Notes under the pieces: generated by a model
Told to the model about the DNA's origin: nothing
The model's input: only the letters and a program-made list of their open reading frames with translations
The model's database searches: none
Translations under genes and position numbers: made by a program
From: a virus
DNA: 64,000 nucleotides
IMG/VR virus record: IMGVR_UViG_3300021138_000014
Span: 1-64,000 of that record
Reading direction: 5' to 3' (one strand)
Shown: positions 44,691 to 54,324 of the stretch, piece by piece
How the letters are laid out: every line of letters starts with the position of its first letter
How positions within the stretch are numbered: the first letter of the stretch is position 1

Positions 44691-46014
44691 TGGCTTTTAG
44701 TCTCCTAACTACCGACGCGGGCCTAGAATTTACAACCGTTGTAGTGTTTAAACTTCCAGACGGATTAGTCCATTTGCTTGCCACTACAGCCTGACTTGCA
44801 TTAACAGCAGACCCAGCGTTTCTATTCATAACTTTACCAAAACCAACTGAAGAATTTTTAGAGGGGCTAGGAATTCCTTGCTTAAGCTGGTTAACTGGTT
44901 TAATAGAAGTTTGACGAACCCCAGGAACAATGTTCCTAGCAACCATATTTGTAAAAACGCCACCTTGGTTTGCGGTTTTTCCTAATGAATCTGATCCCAG
45001 TTGCAAAATAGTTGTGTATTGCTGAACGTTGTAGGCTGTAGAAATAAGTTTGTGTTGAACGCCTAGGACAACCCAATAGCCCGAGTAATCTTTTCCAACA
45101 CCATCCATGTAGACAGGTTGATCGGGAGAAAGGTTTGGGGTTCCAATAACTTCGGCTTCTGCACGGTAGGCAAACCTAGTTCTTTCATCTACAGCCTCAG
45201 CCTCAGACTTTGCCATAGCAATATCAGACGCGACGGTGTTATGAGCAAAAGCATCAAAAAATTCTGGTTGAAACCGGGGACGAAGCGGTGTCTTTCTAGC
45301 TTGGTTGGTTACTTGAATAACCTTTGCTGTGTTTCTATCTACACCGCTTACAGCAGTCGCTGCTTTCATTTCCCCCGCTTGATCTAGGGATTCACCAGCA
45401 ATAAGTTTAAAAGAGTAAAGGGTAGATCCTGCAGGGTTAGACTGAGAGCGCATATTAAACGTTGGGGCTGTTATTTTATTTTGATTAAACTGTGTAGTTA
45501 CAGGTTGAAAATGAATAGTTGTATTTTCTACACGGAGTGAATAGCCCGTATGATGAGCCAACTTTTTTAAAAAGTCCCATGCACTAACTCCAGCGTGAGC
45601 AATCTGAGGGAACACCCGAGGATGAGGTACTGTGTTCCAAGCAAAGTTAAAATCCTTAGCAATGCTCTGTACAATTTGATCCGCGGTACCATTTTTGTAA
45701 ACTTTTTGTGAAGGCTGTTTTAACGCATAAGAAGCACTAATAAAAAATACATCGGTGTAGTTTAAACCCGGTGCAAAGTTGTGCTCTATATGGTGAACAT
45801 AACCTACAAATTCCTTAGAAGATGTACGGTCTTTAAAAACTAATTTCATAGGTGAGCCCGGTCGAATGCTGTCATAGGCGGTGTTCCAGTCACGAAAACG
45901 AACACGCGCATAGTCATGCTTAAAGCGCTCTTGAAAAAGATCAACTTCGGCTACACGGGAGGCTGGCATATCCGAAGAAGGAAAGTTAACGGTAAAATAA
46001 TTAGCTGCTGACAC
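44677..46014 (-). CDS. baseplate hub (gp27/GpD-like)
   Basis: F.GYVH, S.W.FL..LA...GY, G.P.L.P..PV...GVG..YSGYW.V..V.H. Confidence 0.8.
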   Translation of the reverse strand: MSAANYFTVNFPSSDMPASRVAEVDLFQERFKHDYARVRFRDWNTAYDSIRPGSPMKLVFKDRTSSKEFVGYVHHIEHNFAPGLNYTDVFFISASYALKQPSQKVYKNGTADQIVQSIAKDFNFAWNTVPHPRVFPQIAHAGVSAWDFLKKLAHHTGYSLRVENTTIHFQPVTTQFNQNKITAPTFNMRSQSNPAGSTLYSFKLIAGESLDQAGEMKAATAVSGVDRNTAKVIQVTNQARKTPLRPRFQPEFFDAFAHNTVASDIAMAKSEAEAVDERTRFAYRAEAEVIGTPNLSPDQPVYMDGVGKDYSGYWVVLGVQHKLISTAYNVQQYTTILQLGSDSLGKTANQGGVFTNMVARNIVPGVRQTSIKPVNQLKQGIPSPSKNSSVGFGKVMNRNAGSAVNASQAVVASKWTNPSGSLNTTTVVNSRPASVVRRLKANGYI

Positions 46015-46288
46015 TTGGAATCCTCAGTACCGTTCCAGCAGGTATGTTGCTTGGGTCTTTTACCTCAGGGTTTGCTTCCATGATGTACCACCAAAGGTCC
46101 GGTCGATGGTAAAACTGGTGGGATACAAGATCAATTCGATCTCCAAAAACCCATGTATATTCTCGATATGAAATCTTTCCAATTGGTTGAAACTCATAGA
46201 AAACAACTGGGTTCTCGTTTCCGCCTTCAGTAACAGAAAAGAAGTCTACTGTGGAGTACTCATATCTAGATCCTTGATAAATAGTCAT
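46001..46288 (-). CDS. LysM/P2 gpX-like tail protein
   Basis: GDRID.VS..FY....LWW.I.EANP......IPAG.VLRIP. Confidence 0.85.
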   Translation of the reverse strand: MTIYQGSRYEYSTVDFFSVTEGGNENPVVFYEFQPIGKISYREYTWVFGDRIDLVSHQFYHRPDLWWYIMEANPEVKDPSNIPAGTVLRIPSVSS

Positions 46289-46297
46289 CGTAACTCC

Positions 46298-47350
46298 TTA
46301 TTTTGTTGGAATAACGTTAGAGGTATTTCCGTTAGCAACGGAAGCAGAAGCCATAATATTGATACCAAGATCAATGTCAGTTCTAATAGGCGTCATGTCT
46401 TGACTAAACGCAGAGTGATTTACGGCTAGAGAGTTAATGTAACCAACATAACTTGCTGGCCCTAGGTCAAAACGAATTAAGGTTGCAGGTAGATATCCAA
46501 TATCTGACGTTTCAACTCCAGCAACGTTAAACCACCCACCACCATTAACTACACGGTATAGGTACTCGATGTCAGCCATGGTTCCACGTTTCATCAAGTC
46601 TAACAACTGATTTTGAACGTCTTCAGCGCTAGCCTGAAAGCCCCCATTGTAATAGGAAGCCATTTTTGAAAGTTCTTGTTTTGCTGTACCTGTTAAATTT
46701 CCAGTTGAATAATCGGCTGTGTACAAAGACCGCATGCAAGCAAAATCGTTTGTTCGATCAAGGCGAAGGCTTAAAGATACTGATTGATTTGCTGGGTATG
46801 CTCCAACAGCACCTGCCCATTGATCCATGGGGGTAGGAGTTACCGAAGTATTTAGGCTAACACTGTTAGACCATGTCTCTGGGTTCCATAAAAACTGAAA
46901 GCCATACTTTCTGTCATTAAGTTGCTCAGAGGCACTGGCACCATGAGAAGTCACATATGGGTCACTTTCACTGTACCACCACCAGATTCGACCACGTCGA
47001 TACTTATCGTCGTTTCCTCCCGGCTTAGCAGTTGGGTTAGAGACTCCCGGGGTATTACTTCCAGAGTTATCCTCAGCAAAGTTATTTATATAAGCGGGTG
47101 TGACAGGAAGACTCCACTGATGGGGCGGAAGGTTCCACTTATAGTTAACATCTGGGGCAGACGGAGGAGTCACCTTACCAGTTCCCGCATTTGCAACCAC
47201 GCTCTTTGAGGTTACAGCTGCAGCCGCTTTTAACGACGCTTGCTTTTTTGCAGCCAAGGATAGCGCAGAAGAGTTTGATGCAACTTTTGTTTTTTTAAGG
47301 TTTGCAGCTCCCGCTGTTGAACTTGTTGTTAAAGTAATTTTGCTAACCAT
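46298..47350 (-). CDS. tail tube initiator-like protein
   Basis: FQFLWNP, GT.ADIEYLYR.VNG, Y.GYI.SL.V.H..F...M.P. Confidence 0.65.
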   Translation of the reverse strand: MVSKITLTTSSTAGAANLKKTKVASNSSALSLAAKKQASLKAAAAVTSKSVVANAGTGKVTPPSAPDVNYKWNLPPHQWSLPVTPAYINNFAEDNSGSNTPGVSNPTAKPGGNDDKYRRGRIWWWYSESDPYVTSHGASASEQLNDRKYGFQFLWNPETWSNSVSLNTSVTPTPMDQWAGAVGAYPANQSVSLSLRLDRTNDFACMRSLYTADYSTGNLTGTAKQELSKMASYYNGGFQASAEDVQNQLLDLMKRGTMADIEYLYRVVNGGGWFNVAGVETSDIGYLPATLIRFDLGPASYVGYINSLAVNHSAFSQDMTPIRTDIDLGINIMASASVANGNTSNVIPTK

Positions 47351-49281
47351 TAATTACCCATTGCCTTTGCTCTAATGTTGTCTGCATCAAGAATTGTTTT
47401 AATATCCGCAGCAAGTTGCTTAGGATCAACTTTCCCTGTTCCATTAATATTGATTGTTACACCACCATAGTTATTAACAACACTTCCAGCCGTAGATTTT
47501 GTTGGGGCTGGTGTTGACTTTCCAGCATGTGGTGCTGGGGTAGTTGCGGCCGCGTGTGCTTGAGGCGTAGCCTTTTCAACGTGTGAAGCAACCGCTGGCG
47601 CAATATGTGCTGTGGCTGCAGGATGGTTTGCTGGCACAGGTACAACATGTGGAGGAGGAGGTGTTACCTTTGGAGTTGCTGGAGGGGTGATGTGTGGCTT
47701 TACTGGGTTTTTAGCCTCAGCAGCTTTTTTCTCAAGATCCTTTTTATGCTTCTTGTCTAACTGTTGTTTTGCAAACCACGCTGCAGTACCAGCAGCAAGT
47801 GCGGTAGCAGCAACGGTTCCTCCACCAAACGTAACCGTATCAGCAACGGCTCCTACGGTCTCTTCACCAGCAATAGCAACGCCTTCTTCAATTGCTGGAA
47901 GCGCTTCTTCCGTAGCGCTAACTCCCTCTTCACCATATTTGGCAACTTCTTTACCAATATTCTTGGCTTCTTTGCCAATTTGTTTGCCTTCTTTTTCAAC
48001 AAGTTTTTCCGCGCTTTTTCCACGATCTTTAAACCAGTTAACAATTCCTTTACCCGCTTTAAAGATTCCCCCGGCACCGAGCGCTAATGCAGCGCCACCA
48101 GCAGCAATAAGTCCGCCACCACCGTTGGCTCCCATGGTATCCATAAAGCCCTTGCCTTCAAGAAGCATCTTTACAAGAGGATTTTTAGAAAGTTTTTCAA
48201 AGGCATTATTGATATCAGAAATAGCAGTATTTGCTTTACGATATCCAGACAAAATATCTGATCCAGCGCCACCAGAACCGGATCCATATTTAGAAGCTTC
48301 TCGAGCAGCGCCAGATTCAAGATTAGCGTTGTTAATACCAGATTTCATAGCGCCAGCCTTAGTTAGTGGCGCACCCATAGCCTTGGCACGTAACATGTTA
48401 ACAATGGCTGTTCTGGTGTTAGCGTCTGTTCCGCTAAAATAAGTATTAAGGATAGAGTCAAGTGCTCCACCCGGTTGAAGAGACTCATCTAAATCAAACG
48501 GGGTGATTGCTCCAGCAGATCTTTTATTTGCCTCTAAGTACTTCCACAGATCATTAACAATGTCTGGGATTGGGCGCATCATGCCCTTTTTATCACGGAT
48601 GTTAATTCCAATAATGCGCGCCATGTTAACGTTGGCGCCTTGATTCATTCCCGTTACAGTAGACGCCATCTGCCCACCAGACATGCCGGGGCTAAATAAA
48701 GATAATGCGTTATAACTTTTAGCAGCATTTCCATACGCCATACTTTGACCGTATGCTCCACCAGACATAGCAGCTTGAGCAGCGTCGTTCATGTTCATGT
48801 AGGTTCCTTGACCCATCATTTGCATGATTCGACTACGCGCACCACCGTAACCGCCACCCATAGCAGCGCCTACTTGACCAGTTAAAGTCTGGGCATCAAG
48901 TGTGTCATTGACGCTTGGGAGAACTCCCATAGCACCCATGGTAAGACCGCCAGCGATCTTTCCAATGCCGCCAATAATTTTGGCAACCGCGCCCAATTTT
49001 CCAAGAATGTTGGAACTACCATTATTGGTATCACCCTCAGGAGTTTGAGTTCCCGTAGATTGTTGCAGGGAATTTTCAAGAAGGTTTCCACCATCTCCAC
49101 CGCCACCGGGAAATGAACCCTTCATGTTCTTTGCTATTTGAGCAGAAAGATCACGAGTCTTTGTAAGTTCTGCGTTTAGTGTTTTAAAGGCAGAAGTGAG
49201 GTCGGCAACAAGCTCGGTCTTACGGCTAAATAAGCCGCCCGAGCCACCGATACCCATTGCTGAGCCAACGTCACCAGCCAT
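47350..49281 (-). CDS. tape measure protein
   Basis: Long Ala/Gly-rich protein between tail chaperones and baseplate genes. Confidence 0.75.
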   Translation of the reverse strand: MAGDVGSAMGIGGSGGLFSRKTELVADLTSAFKTLNAELTKTRDLSAQIAKNMKGSFPGGGGDGGNLLENSLQQSTGTQTPEGDTNNGSSNILGKLGAVAKIIGGIGKIAGGLTMGAMGVLPSVNDTLDAQTLTGQVGAAMGGGYGGARSRIMQMMGQGTYMNMNDAAQAAMSGGAYGQSMAYGNAAKSYNALSLFSPGMSGGQMASTVTGMNQGANVNMARIIGINIRDKKGMMRPIPDIVNDLWKYLEANKRSAGAITPFDLDESLQPGGALDSILNTYFSGTDANTRTAIVNMLRAKAMGAPLTKAGAMKSGINNANLESGAAREASKYGSGSGGAGSDILSGYRKANTAISDINNAFEKLSKNPLVKMLLEGKGFMDTMGANGGGGLIAAGGAALALGAGGIFKAGKGIVNWFKDRGKSAEKLVEKEGKQIGKEAKNIGKEVAKYGEEGVSATEEALPAIEEGVAIAGEETVGAVADTVTFGGGTVAATALAAGTAAWFAKQQLDKKHKKDLEKKAAEAKNPVKPHITPPATPKVTPPPPHVVPVPANHPAATAHIAPAVASHVEKATPQAHAAATTPAPHAGKSTPAPTKSTAGSVVNNYGGVTININGTGKVDPKQLAADIKTILDADNIRAKAMGN

Positions 49282-49287
49282 TTAAAA

Positions 49288-49434
49288 TCACCTACGTCCC
49301 GTTCGTTGAATCCAGTTTTTACGTTCTCTACTTGACAATGATCGGATATCCGTCAATGTCCATCCTGTATAGCTCCGTGTTAGTGCTTCAAATTGGTCCA
49401 ATAGGTTTACGTAATCTGCTTCGCTATACGCGAA
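49288..49434 (-). CDS. tail assembly chaperone C-terminal (frameshift) extension
   Basis: +1 frame after TTT-CGC: FAYSEADYVNLLDQFEALTRSYTGWTLTDIRSLSSRERKNWIQR; no good own RBS. Confidence 0.6.
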   Translation of the reverse strand, partial: FAYSEADYVNLLDQFEALTRSYTGWTLTDIRSLSSRERKNWIQRTGRR

Positions 49435-50230
49435 ACATTGCGGCTAGGGTCAACGACAAAGTAATATCCTCGCCGCATGACTCACAGCCCTTTTTCACCT
49501 CCCCAAGTCGTGGACCTGGGTTGCGTTCTAAGATTTGATCTACGATCATTTCTCGATCTTTCCAGCCAAGCTTTAGCACAGTTGAAGCGCCCATCGAAGG
49601 GGTAGTTCCAACTGATGTAATACATCCCGCTAGTAAAATTGTATTAAGTTCCGCTGCAGTTTTCTCGGAATTCTCTAACAACTTACGTTGTGTGACTCCA
49701 TTAGGAAGGCTAACGCGAACAGGTCCCCACTTTGAGGATTCATGAATCCAAGAACGATCTTCAATAGGATCTTTAAGTTCTTTAACTGGGATGTCCTTGC
49801 TGATATCCACTTCTACTGGTTGACGGATACTGCAATGTGGGCAAGTGACCTCAAACGTAATATCCTTACCAAAAGTAGCGCGTCGAATACCTAGGAGGAT
49901 TGCATCACGGTCTCCCGCAAGCAACGTATCTAAGTCTTCCTTTGTAGTTGGTTCTTGACCAAGCGCGATAAGTCCTCGCTGAAGCATCACCGATAAGGCG
50001 CGTCCAGTAGTTCCTGCTCGTGCAATAGTCTCTTCGTCTGCACCGTTTAATTCTCGAACTTCTGCATACTTGACTAAAGCACCCTCCCGGTTAATAAAAC
50101 CACCGGGTAGGGCAACTTCAGTATCAGAAGGCGTTTCAGTTATTACGGATTGAACTACGATTTCTTCGGACTCTAAAGCCTTTACCGCTGCGTTAATAGC
50201 GGCGGCGCTTGAGTTTAATTCTTCTGCCAC
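49424..50230 (-). CDS. tail assembly chaperone
   Basis: VRELNG.DEE, GDRDA.LLGIR..TFG, CPHC, PGP...C..CG; between tube and TMP. Confidence 0.8.
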   Translation of the reverse strand: MAEELNSSAAAINAAVKALESEEIVVQSVITETPSDTEVALPGGFINREGALVKYAEVRELNGADEETIARAGTTGRALSVMLQRGLIALGQEPTTKEDLDTLLAGDRDAILLGIRRATFGKDITFEVTCPHCSIRQPVEVDISKDIPVKELKDPIEDRSWIHESSKWGPVRVSLPNGVTQRKLLENSEKTAAELNTILLAGCITSVGTTPSMGASTVLKLGWKDREMIVDQILERNPGPRLGEVKKGCESCGEDITLSLTLAAMFRV

Positions 50231-50255
50231 GTTTTATGCTCCTTGTTTGTGTTGG

Positions 50256-50888
50256 TTACGCTAGTGCGATTGGCTTGTAATCTGAGGTTGTATAGAATAC
50301 GGACAAGCCCTCGTGAACTAAGCCCATGGTTTCTACCATGATGCTATTGCCACCTGCGTCAAGATCTGAGTAGTTCAATGTTGAGATCCACGCGTTGTGT
50401 ACGTAGAAGCCCATCATTGGCTTATTACCATCAGAAGATGTTGCTCCCGCGACTTCGGTATTTGCAGTAGATCCTGCTGCGTTTGGGTGATCCAAAACGT
50501 AGATCTTAAGGTCGCAACGGAAGTCCGTATTGGTTGTAGTATCCAAGTTTAGACCATCTCCTGCAGCCGCTGCGAAGAGGTACTTCATCCAGCGGATTGC
50601 TTGATCATTCTTGTAGACAACTCCACGACCCAAAGTAATTGGGTTAAAGGTTGTCATGCCAGGGATCTGATGGATAGTGGTGTTGTAGCCACCTTCACGG
50701 TAAGCGATTGCCTGGGTGTTGATTCCCAAACCGCTAACGTTCACAAAGCCTCCGCTGAAGTCAGCGATCTTTGAATCCGCTTTTCCGCCGCCGCTGGCAT
50801 TGTTGAAGAACTCTACATAGAACCTAAACGAGCGTAGCGGATCTGTAGCTGCGGACGAGAAGCGATTAATTACGCTATCTGTTGCCAT
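50256..50888 (-). CDS. tail tube protein (T4 gp19-like)
   Basis: DPLR.FRF.V, GF..VSGL, YREGG.N, PG...F.PITL.RG, NAW. Confidence 0.92.
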   Translation of the reverse strand: MATDSVINRFSSAATDPLRSFRFYVEFFNNASGGGKADSKIADFSGGFVNVSGLGINTQAIAYREGGYNTTIHQIPGMTTFNPITLGRGVVYKNDQAIRWMKYLFAAAAGDGLNLDTTTNTDFRCDLKIYVLDHPNAAGSTANTEVAGATSSDGNKPMMGFYVHNAWISTLNYSDLDAGGNSIMVETMGLVHEGLSVFYTTSDYKPIALA

Positions 50889-50903
50889 TATTTATTTCCT
50901 TCC

Positions 50904-52427
50904 TTAGGAGACAGTAACGGTGGCGCCACCGTCGAACTGACCGATTTTGATGATTACGAATTCAGCAGGACGCTGTAGTGCCACGCCAATTTCAATATTA
51001 AGCTGACCAGCATCAACCAAAGAGATTGGGTTAAGTTCTGCGTCGCACTTTACAAAGAACGCCGTTGATGGAGTTGATCCATTAAGACCACCTTGACGCC
51101 AGAAGTCTGTTAAGAAACTTGCTACTGTTGCTTCAACTTTACGCCACAACTTTGCGTCGTTAGGCTCAAAGATGGCAAACTGAGTAAGATCCTTAAGTGC
51201 TTTTTCCAAGTAGATAAGTGTGCGACGAACAGGTACATACTTAGCAACTGTTCCTGGAAGCAATGTGCGAGCGCCCATTACAACTACACCAGAACCTGGA
51301 ATATAACGAATTGCGTTAACAGGTACGGCCGCTGAGTTCAAGGAATCTAGGTCAGCGTTCTTGATTGGGGCTACACCAATTGTTCCAGCAATTCGAGCCT
51401 GAAGACCCGCAGGAGCCTTGAACACGCCACGTGAAGCATCCGTATTCATATAAAGACCAGCAACAGCAGCACCATTACCTACAGTTAGGGTCGCTCCAGC
51501 AACTGAAGTTGTTGGATCCTTAATGTAAAGGGGTGGGTAATAAACAGCACCGTAATTAGTTGCTGTGTATTGCTGAGCAAGTGCTATTTGATTTGCAGGT
51601 GTGTCGTTGATTCCATCAATAACGACAAACACATCTCCTCGATTTGAAGCATAACTAAGAGCAGAGTTGACATCTACATAATCAGTTACGCCCGGAATGT
51701 TAAGAACCAAAGAGCTGTTAATAATATCCAACTTAGACAAAGCATTTGTAATATCAGATGCTGTAGGCATTGCTCCACCTGTGTTGTAATCCAAGCCTCC
51801 AGCCAAGAAGATATTGCTGGCTGTAACAGGGTTACGAAGGTTAGTAGGTGACAATGGTGCAGAGGAACCATTATCAATAGCAACAATATAGTTAGATTGA
51901 GAATTAATAACTTGAATAATGTAACGATTATCGGTTGAATCCATGCTTAAATCTGTGTAATACTCAAGAACTGTTACGGCTGTTCCGATTGTTTGAGCAA
52001 CTGTAAGGTTTACATACCCTGTTGTAACAGAGTTAGTAATCGTTACAGAAAGGGTATTTCCCCATGCGCCGGGGTTAGCGGCTTGAATGGTAAGGGTAGT
52101 TGCAGGTGATCCATTACGGTCATTAAATGAACGCGTTGCAATTCCTGTGCTGCCGCTTAGTGATGGAGAAACAACACGAAGAACGTAGCACTGGCTTCCA
52201 CCATTTGAGAAAAAGAGTAGTACTGCATAGTGCAAAGTGTTGTTAGTTGTCCAGCCACCGTAAAGTGAAAGGTATTGACTCCATGATGTTACAAGAGTCG
52301 GAGTTGTTGGACCCTGATAGGTAGCGCCGATGAATGCAGCGACAGACTGTGATGAGGTGCCAGCAACGGATGGAATAGGGTTCAGGGTTTCCTGAACGTA
52401 TACTCCTGGGCGTAAATATGTTGCCAT
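50904..52427 (-). CDS. tail sheath protein
   Basis: RPGVYVQE, FF.NGG, RGVFKAPAG, GARTL, FEPN...LW, PAEFVII. Confidence 0.95.
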   Translation of the reverse strand: MATYLRPGVYVQETLNPIPSVAGTSSQSVAAFIGATYQGPTTPTLVTSWSQYLSLYGGWTTNNTLHYAVLLFFSNGGSQCYVLRVVSPSLSGSTGIATRSFNDRNGSPATTLTIQAANPGAWGNTLSVTITNSVTTGYVNLTVAQTIGTAVTVLEYYTDLSMDSTDNRYIIQVINSQSNYIVAIDNGSSAPLSPTNLRNPVTASNIFLAGGLDYNTGGAMPTASDITNALSKLDIINSSLVLNIPGVTDYVDVNSALSYASNRGDVFVVIDGINDTPANQIALAQQYTATNYGAVYYPPLYIKDPTTSVAGATLTVGNGAAVAGLYMNTDASRGVFKAPAGLQARIAGTIGVAPIKNADLDSLNSAAVPVNAIRYIPGSGVVVMGARTLLPGTVAKYVPVRRTLIYLEKALKDLTQFAIFEPNDAKLWRKVEATVASFLTDFWRQGGLNGSTPSTAFFVKCDAELNPISLVDAGQLNIEIGVALQRPAEFVIIKIGQFDGGATVTVS

Positions 52428-52459
52428 AAGTTAATCTCCTTGGTAGATGTTAAATTGAA

Positions 52460-53092
52460 TTACAACGACTGTAAGCCCGAGGGGATATCCCCATTATTGA
52501 TAATGTTGACCTGTTCGACTGGCGAACTGGCGTCTGCAACTTGTGCAGGAGTCATTTCGCTCATCACTCTAACGCTGAAGACGTTTTGAAATACTCGTCT
52601 CCCATCCTCGATACGGTCGCGCTTGACGAACCCTTCGAGAAACATATGTCGGACAACGGTTGTTCCGTCGCCATTAGCACTCGGGATAGGTAGGAACCCA
52701 TACTTACCCGGGATCTTTTCATTTAAAACTGAGTAGATGATTGCACGATCGTGGCGTGGGTGACGTGAATAAGAAGTTAGTTGATAAAATAAATCATAAA
52801 CAACAGGAGCGTAATACTCGTAAGTTGTAGATCCGTCAGATACAACTGTTCCACGGTTAGTGTCATCTATCCACATACCCGAACTTTGACGATCAGTAGC
52901 TTGCTTAATGTCATAAAGTTCCATAACCATGTATGGGTAATCTTGTGTACGAAGCTCTACGTCTGGGTATCCGTAGTAAACCTTTAATGGTCGTTGAGCT
53001 GATCCAAAATCAGATATTGTAATACCCTGCATTAAAGTCTTAAGTGCCTTATCCTCGGCAAAAATAAAGGCGTTATCAAGATTAGTTGTCAT
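52460..53092 (-). CDS. putative tail terminator/neck protein
   Basis: Directly upstream of sheath; ED.ALK, PD.E.R.Q.YP, R.PRHDR. Confidence 0.6.
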   Translation of the reverse strand: MTTNLDNAFIFAEDKALKTLMQGITISDFGSAQRPLKVYYGYPDVELRTQDYPYMVMELYDIKQATDRQSSGMWIDDTNRGTVVSDGSTTYEYYAPVVYDLFYQLTSYSRHPRHDRAIIYSVLNEKIPGKYGFLPIPSANGDGTTVVRHMFLEGFVKRDRIEDGRRVFQNVFSVRVMSEMTPAQVADASSPVEQVNIINNGDIPSGLQSL

Positions 53093-53403
53093 GGCAAGAT
53101 CCCCGTATCAAAGAGATGATTAATAGCGGCCTCGGCAATAGAATCAGCAAGCGCTGCCTGAGAACCAGAAATGAAAGGGCGTATTACAGAATTAGGTGAA
53201 ACGTCTTTGTTGCCGTACTCGACGTCAAATATGTCACCCTCTTGCTCTTCTTGATAAGAGATCATGACTTTGCCATCTTTTGCAACAACATCAATTTCAT
53301 GATGCCAGCCTTTAGCCATGGCAGACTGTTTTAGTTTTGGATCAAGTTTATCTGCGGCTTGTTTTGCGGCCGCTGGTGCTAGTGAAGCAAAGTCAGTTGA
53401 CAT
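53089..53403 (-). CDS. hypothetical virion-region protein
   Basis: Probable start MSTDF after AGGAGGAG; D.EYG.....P..VIRPF. Confidence 0.7.
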   Translation of the reverse strand: MSTDFASLAPAAAKQAADKLDPKLKQSAMAKGWHHEIDVVAKDGKVMISYQEEQEGDIFDVEYGNKDVSPNSVIRPFISGSQAALADSIAEAAINHLFDTGILP

Positions 53404-53551
53404 ATGTGACTCCTCCTGCGGCAATGCATGCTAAATGACCTTGTGACTTACGCAAGGTAGCAGACATCGCAAAGGCTCCTTTCGGAGTGGCAGGTACTTC
53501 TAGCAAGGGTGGTGCTTTGCCCCCCGCATGGGGACACTACAAGGGTAAATG

Positions 53552-53573
53552 AAAAAGCCCCCTTGCGGGGGCT
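53552..53573 (-). terminator. intrinsic terminator
   Basis: AGCCCCC-GCAA-GGGGGCT-TTTT. Confidence 0.85.
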
Positions 53574-53579
53574 AAGTCA

Positions 53580-53771
53580 TTACTTCTTTTTGATCTTCTT
53601 GGCTAATGCCGCATCTTTTTTGGCATCTTCTTTAGCAGATGGCTTTTTTGCATCCATCTTCTTATCTTCTTTTTTAAATGCTTCTTTTTGCTTAGGGGAC
53701 ATACCTTTCATAAATTTTTGATCGGCTTTTTCGTCCTCTTTCTTAGTAAGTTTTTTCTTGTGGTGCGTCAA
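53580..53771 (-). CDS. Lys/Asp/Glu-rich small protein
   Basis: Probable TTG start just after upstream stop. Confidence 0.6.
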   Translation of the reverse strand: MTHHKKKLTKKEDEKADQKFMKGMSPKQKEAFKKEDKKMDAKKPSAKEDAKKDAALAKKIKKK

Positions 53772-53772
53772 C

Positions 53773-53907
53773 TTACTTCTTCTTTCCCATTTTCTTAAGG
53801 CCAGCAGCTGGCTTAGCAGCACCCTTCATATTTGCTGGTGCAGACTTCTTACCCTTGCCGTATCCAGCTTCGCCTTTTTTCTTATTGCAACCGCATGACA
53901 TGCACAT
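53773..53907 (-). CDS. 44-aa Lys-rich protein (MCMSCGCNKKKG...)
   Basis: Read manually; GAAAGG RBS. Confidence 0.65.
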   Translation of the reverse strand: MCMSCGCNKKKGEAGYGKGKKSAPANMKGAAKPAAGLKKMGKKK

Positions 53908-53920
53908 AGTATTGCCTTTC

Positions 53921-54190
53921 TTAGTTAATAAGCCCCGTAGTATTGTTACGGATCGCTTCGAGTGGATTTAGATCAGCTTCTGTAGGGGCATCTGCTTTAA
54001 GGTCTTCAAGTTCCTGTTCAGCCTTCTTGCCCGCTTCAATAGTTGGTTCGACTTCGGCAGCTAGTTTATCAGCAGCTTCCATCTGTGCGAGGCGTGCTGC
54101 CTCAAGTTCAGGATCCGCACCTAGTAGTTCAAAATGGATGTGATCATGACTAGGAGTTGTTTCACCCTCAATAGGTAGTAGATCTGACAT
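53921..54190 (-). CDS. acidic hypothetical protein
   Basis: TAATG coupling. Confidence 0.7.
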   Translation of the reverse strand: MSDLLPIEGETTPSHDHIHFELLGADPELEAARLAQMEAADKLAAEVEPTIEAGKKAEQELEDLKADAPTEADLNPLEAIRNNTTGLIN

Positions 54191-54324
54191 TACTTTTTCT
54201 TCGCTTTCTTCTTGACCTTAGGGGGGAGTTTCTTTCCTTTGGGAGTTTTATTCTCCCACTCTTTTACCATCTCTGGGTGCTGTGAGTACATAAATTGTCT
54301 CTGGGCTTGGGACTTAAACGGCAT
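54190..54324 (-). CDS. 44-aa basic protein (MPFKSQAQRQFMYSQHPEM...)
   Basis: Read manually; TAATG coupling at both ends. Confidence 0.7.
   Translation of the reverse strand: MPFKSQAQRQFMYSQHPEMVKEWENKTPKGKKLPPKVKKKAKKK

Noticed and set aside
47612-48442. 276-aa + strand ORF, and other antisense ORFs in the track
   Set aside because: Shadow frames of Ala/Gly-rich minus-strand genes; no RBS or recognisable motifs
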